Under the pieces are notes generated by a model, which saw only the letters and a program-made list of their open reading frames with translations, was not told where the DNA came from and ran no database searches. A stretch of 64,000 nucleotides of DNA, from positions 22,036 to 86,035 of the forward strand of contig JBQLZK010000020.1 of the NCBI GenBank assembly GCA_052168235.1, in the 5' to 3' direction. A program made the position numbers and the translations under genes. This document shows, one piece after another, positions 61,843 to 64,000 of the stretch (its first letter is position 1; each line of letters begins with the position of its first letter). The DNA is from Thainema sp. (GTDB lineage Bacteria > Cyanobacteriota > Cyanobacteriia > Phormidesmidales > Phormidesmidaceae).

Positions 61843-61951
61843 CAAAAAATTAAAGCCGCAATTTTACGTGGCTGGTAGGGGCGAATGGCCATTCGCCCCT
61901 ACGTAACATCAATGGTTTCAGATATTCTTTGGCAAACATGAAACGACCCTG
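61843..61951 (+). mobile_element. MITE family B, 5'-truncated copy
   Basis: ~100 bp highly similar to 19407-19506, including the REP at 61875-61902 and the right end atgaaacgaccctg. Confidence 0.8.
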
Positions 61952-61966
61952 GATTATAGCCATGCA

Positions 61967-64000
61967 TCAGTGTAAAGATTCAGAGTTAGTCGCTGCAACG
62001 ACGCGATCGCGGCCTTGATTTTTGGCGTGATACAGCGCCATATCGGCCTGGTGAATCAACTCGTCTGACTTTTGATCAGAAGCCGGAATCAGGGTGGCGA
62101 CGCCCAGGCTGAGGGTAATACAAGGCGCGATCGCAGAATCGGCATGAGGAATTCCTAAATCGCGAATGGCCTGTTGAATTTGTTGCGCAACTGCGATCGC
62201 ACCTTCGAGATGAGTATTGGGCAAAATCACCGCAAATTCTTCGCCCCCGTAGCGGGCCAGCAGATCCGCTGGCCGCCGAATACAGTCTTTCGCTGTCTGC
62301 GCGACTTCCACTAAGGCTTCATCCCCCATTAAATGCCCGTAGTGGTCGTTGTACTTTTTGAAAAAATCAATGTCAAACATAATCAGAGAAATCGGTTGCT
62401 GATCGCGCATCAGCCGCCGCCACTCCTGGGCCAGATAATCATCAAAGCGCCGTCGATTGGCCACCTGGGTGAGGCCATCCAGGGAGGCTAGCAGAGACAG
62501 CTCAGAATTGGCCTGACGCAGCGCCTCTTCCATCTGTTTGCGTTCTGTAATGTCAAAGAAGAAGAGATAGTATCCCCGAATTGTGCCATCCGCATCCTGA
62601 TCCGGGGTCATTGTTGCGTGTAAAATCCGCTCGCCCTTGGGCTGATAGACAAACGAAAACTCAAAGTCAGTTTGTTCGCCCGCTAGCGTCCGGTCAATAT
62701 ACGGTTTGGCTCGCTGATAGTTTTCCTCACCGACAATATCCCAGATGTGGCGACCCAGAATTTCAGTTGGCGATAGACCCAGCCGCACTTCATAGTAGCG
62801 GTTGACGAACTGATAGCGCCGTTCGGCATTAATATAGGCGATGCCCGCCTGGATGGAATCGGTGATCGACTCCAGCTCATTGCGGCTGCGGGTCAGCTCT
62901 TGCTCAATCAACTGCCGCTCTTGAATTTCGCTTTCCAGAGCTTGAGTGCGTTCTGCCACCTCTTGTTCCAAGTGCTGGCTGTAATCCTGCAAAATTTGCT
63001 GGGCCTGCCGCTGCATGGTGATGTCTTCAAACACCACAACCGCATATTCAATCTCGCCCGTTGCCGCAAAGATTGGCTTGGCATGGACTCTCAAGGGGAT
63101 AGATCGGCCTTGATCACGAACTTCGATATCCTCTGTGGCCACTTCTTCGCCAGTGAGTGCTCGGGCCGAGGGCAACTGTTCAACTGGATAGAGCTGATTG
63201 GTGCCAGCACGATAAATTCCGTAGGTGTTGTTCAAGGCGTTCTGCTGGGTTGGTTGCATGTCATGCTGCTGGAGCAGGCTCAGCCCAGACTGATTAACGT
63301 AGTGAATGCTGCCATCGGCATGGTGGATCGCAACCCCAATTGGGATCGTTTCTAGAAAGCGAGTGAGCCGCTGCTCATCCCGTTTCAGCGCTTGCACGGT
63401 TGTGATCAGCTGCGCTGCCATTTGGTCAAAGGATTGGGTGAGCTGATTCAGTTCATAAATGTTTTGGCTGAGCGTCCCTGCTTCTAGAGGTGTCCAGGAA
63501 TCAAAGGCACCGTCTGCTAGTTGTTTGGCGACGCGATTGAGATCTAGAATCGGCTGGCTCAGCCAGTACGCCATGATACTGCTACTTGCGATCGCAACCA
63601 ATAGCGCTAAGCCGCAGAGCAAAACGGAACGGCGGGTATTGGCATAAATTTGGGCCATAAAATCCGACTTTGGCACCAAAATGACGACCAACCAATCCAA
63701 ACCATGCTCATCTTGAAACGGCATCAGGTACGAAAAATAGGCTTCACGCTCCAGCTTTAAATCAAAAAATTGAGCTGTATCGATTGCCGCCAGGGAGTCA
63801 AACTTCTCCGTCAGTCTGTTCATACTGTCGCGAATGAGCGGCTCTTGGCTGTCCAACGCATTCAGCCGTCGCACCATTTGCTCCCCATCTGTCAAAAAGG
63901 GCGGCTCCGGCAGCGAACTGGCCACCAACCAACCCGAGGGCTCAACGATGTAGACTTGCCCCGTGGGGCTGACTGAAAGCGTCTGCAAAAACTGATTAAT
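61967..64000 (-). CDS. Diguanylate cyclase, Cache-HAMP-PAS-PAS-GGDEF (N-terminus beyond the window)
   Basis: DGLTQVANRR, DIDFFKKYND, RPAD I-site, RYGGEEF; frame open to the window edge. Confidence 0.92.
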   Translation of the reverse strand: MNQFLQTLSVSPTGQVYIVEPSGWLVASSLPEPPFLTDGEQMVRRLNALDSQEPLIRDSMNRLTEKFDSLAAIDTAQFFDLKLEREAYFSYLMPFQDEHGLDWLVVILVPKSDFMAQIYANTRRSVLLCGLALLVAIASSSIMAYWLSQPILDLNRVAKQLADGAFDSWTPLEAGTLSQNIYELNQLTQSFDQMAAQLITTVQALKRDEQRLTRFLETIPIGVAIHHADGSIHYVNQSGLSLLQQHDMQPTQQNALNNTYGIYRAGTNQLYPVEQLPSARALTGEEVATEDIEVRDQGRSIPLRVHAKPIFAATGEIEYAVVVFEDITMQRQAQQILQDYSQHLEQEVAERTQALESEIQERQLIEQELTRSRNELESITDSIQAGIAYINAERRYQFVNRYYEVRLGLSPTEILGRHIWDIVGEENYQRAKPYIDRTLAGEQTDFEFSFVYQPKGERILHATMTPDQDADGTIRGYYLFFFDITERKQMEEALRQANSELSLLASLDGLTQVANRRRFDDYLAQEWRRLMRDQQPISLIMFDIDFFKKYNDHYGHLMGDEALVEVAQTAKDCIRRPADLLARYGGEEFAVILPNTHLEGAIAVAQQIQQAIRDLGIPHADSAIAPCITLSLGVATLIPASDQKSDELIHQADMALYHAKNQGRDRVVAATNSESLH

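Overview
64 kb of a cyanobacterial chromosome. The HIP1 octamer GCGATCGC is very abundant and the gene content suggests a filamentous, Leptolyngbya-like organism (inference). Most genes are housekeeping or photosynthetic: crtB/pds, dnaK3-dnaJ, cbiT, nth, gatA, two def genes, gor, aat, ftsX, tgt, cobS and a full cpcBACDEF operon followed by four CpcG-family linkers, one CpcL-like. There are also a VapBC pair, a Uma2 gene and a csbD gene missed by the ORF track. No rRNA, tRNA, CRISPR array or transposase was seen. Most notable: (1) a co-oriented cluster of a variant MinD/ParA ATPase (RGGTGKS), a glutaminase and a Cache-HAMP-PAS-PAS sensor that ends in a coiled-coil peptide with no catalytic output, next to a similar sensor that ends in GGDEF; (2) a DnaK with a ~540-aa FUS-like [G/S]YGQ and RDxY low-complexity tail; (3) a translationally coupled trio of exported proteins including a GUN4-WD40 fusion; (4) a dense set of small intergenic elements (MITE-like families, GTAG-tagged REPs, long perfect palindromes), often touching or duplicating gene 3' ends. 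All family assignments are from motif recognition, not database searches.
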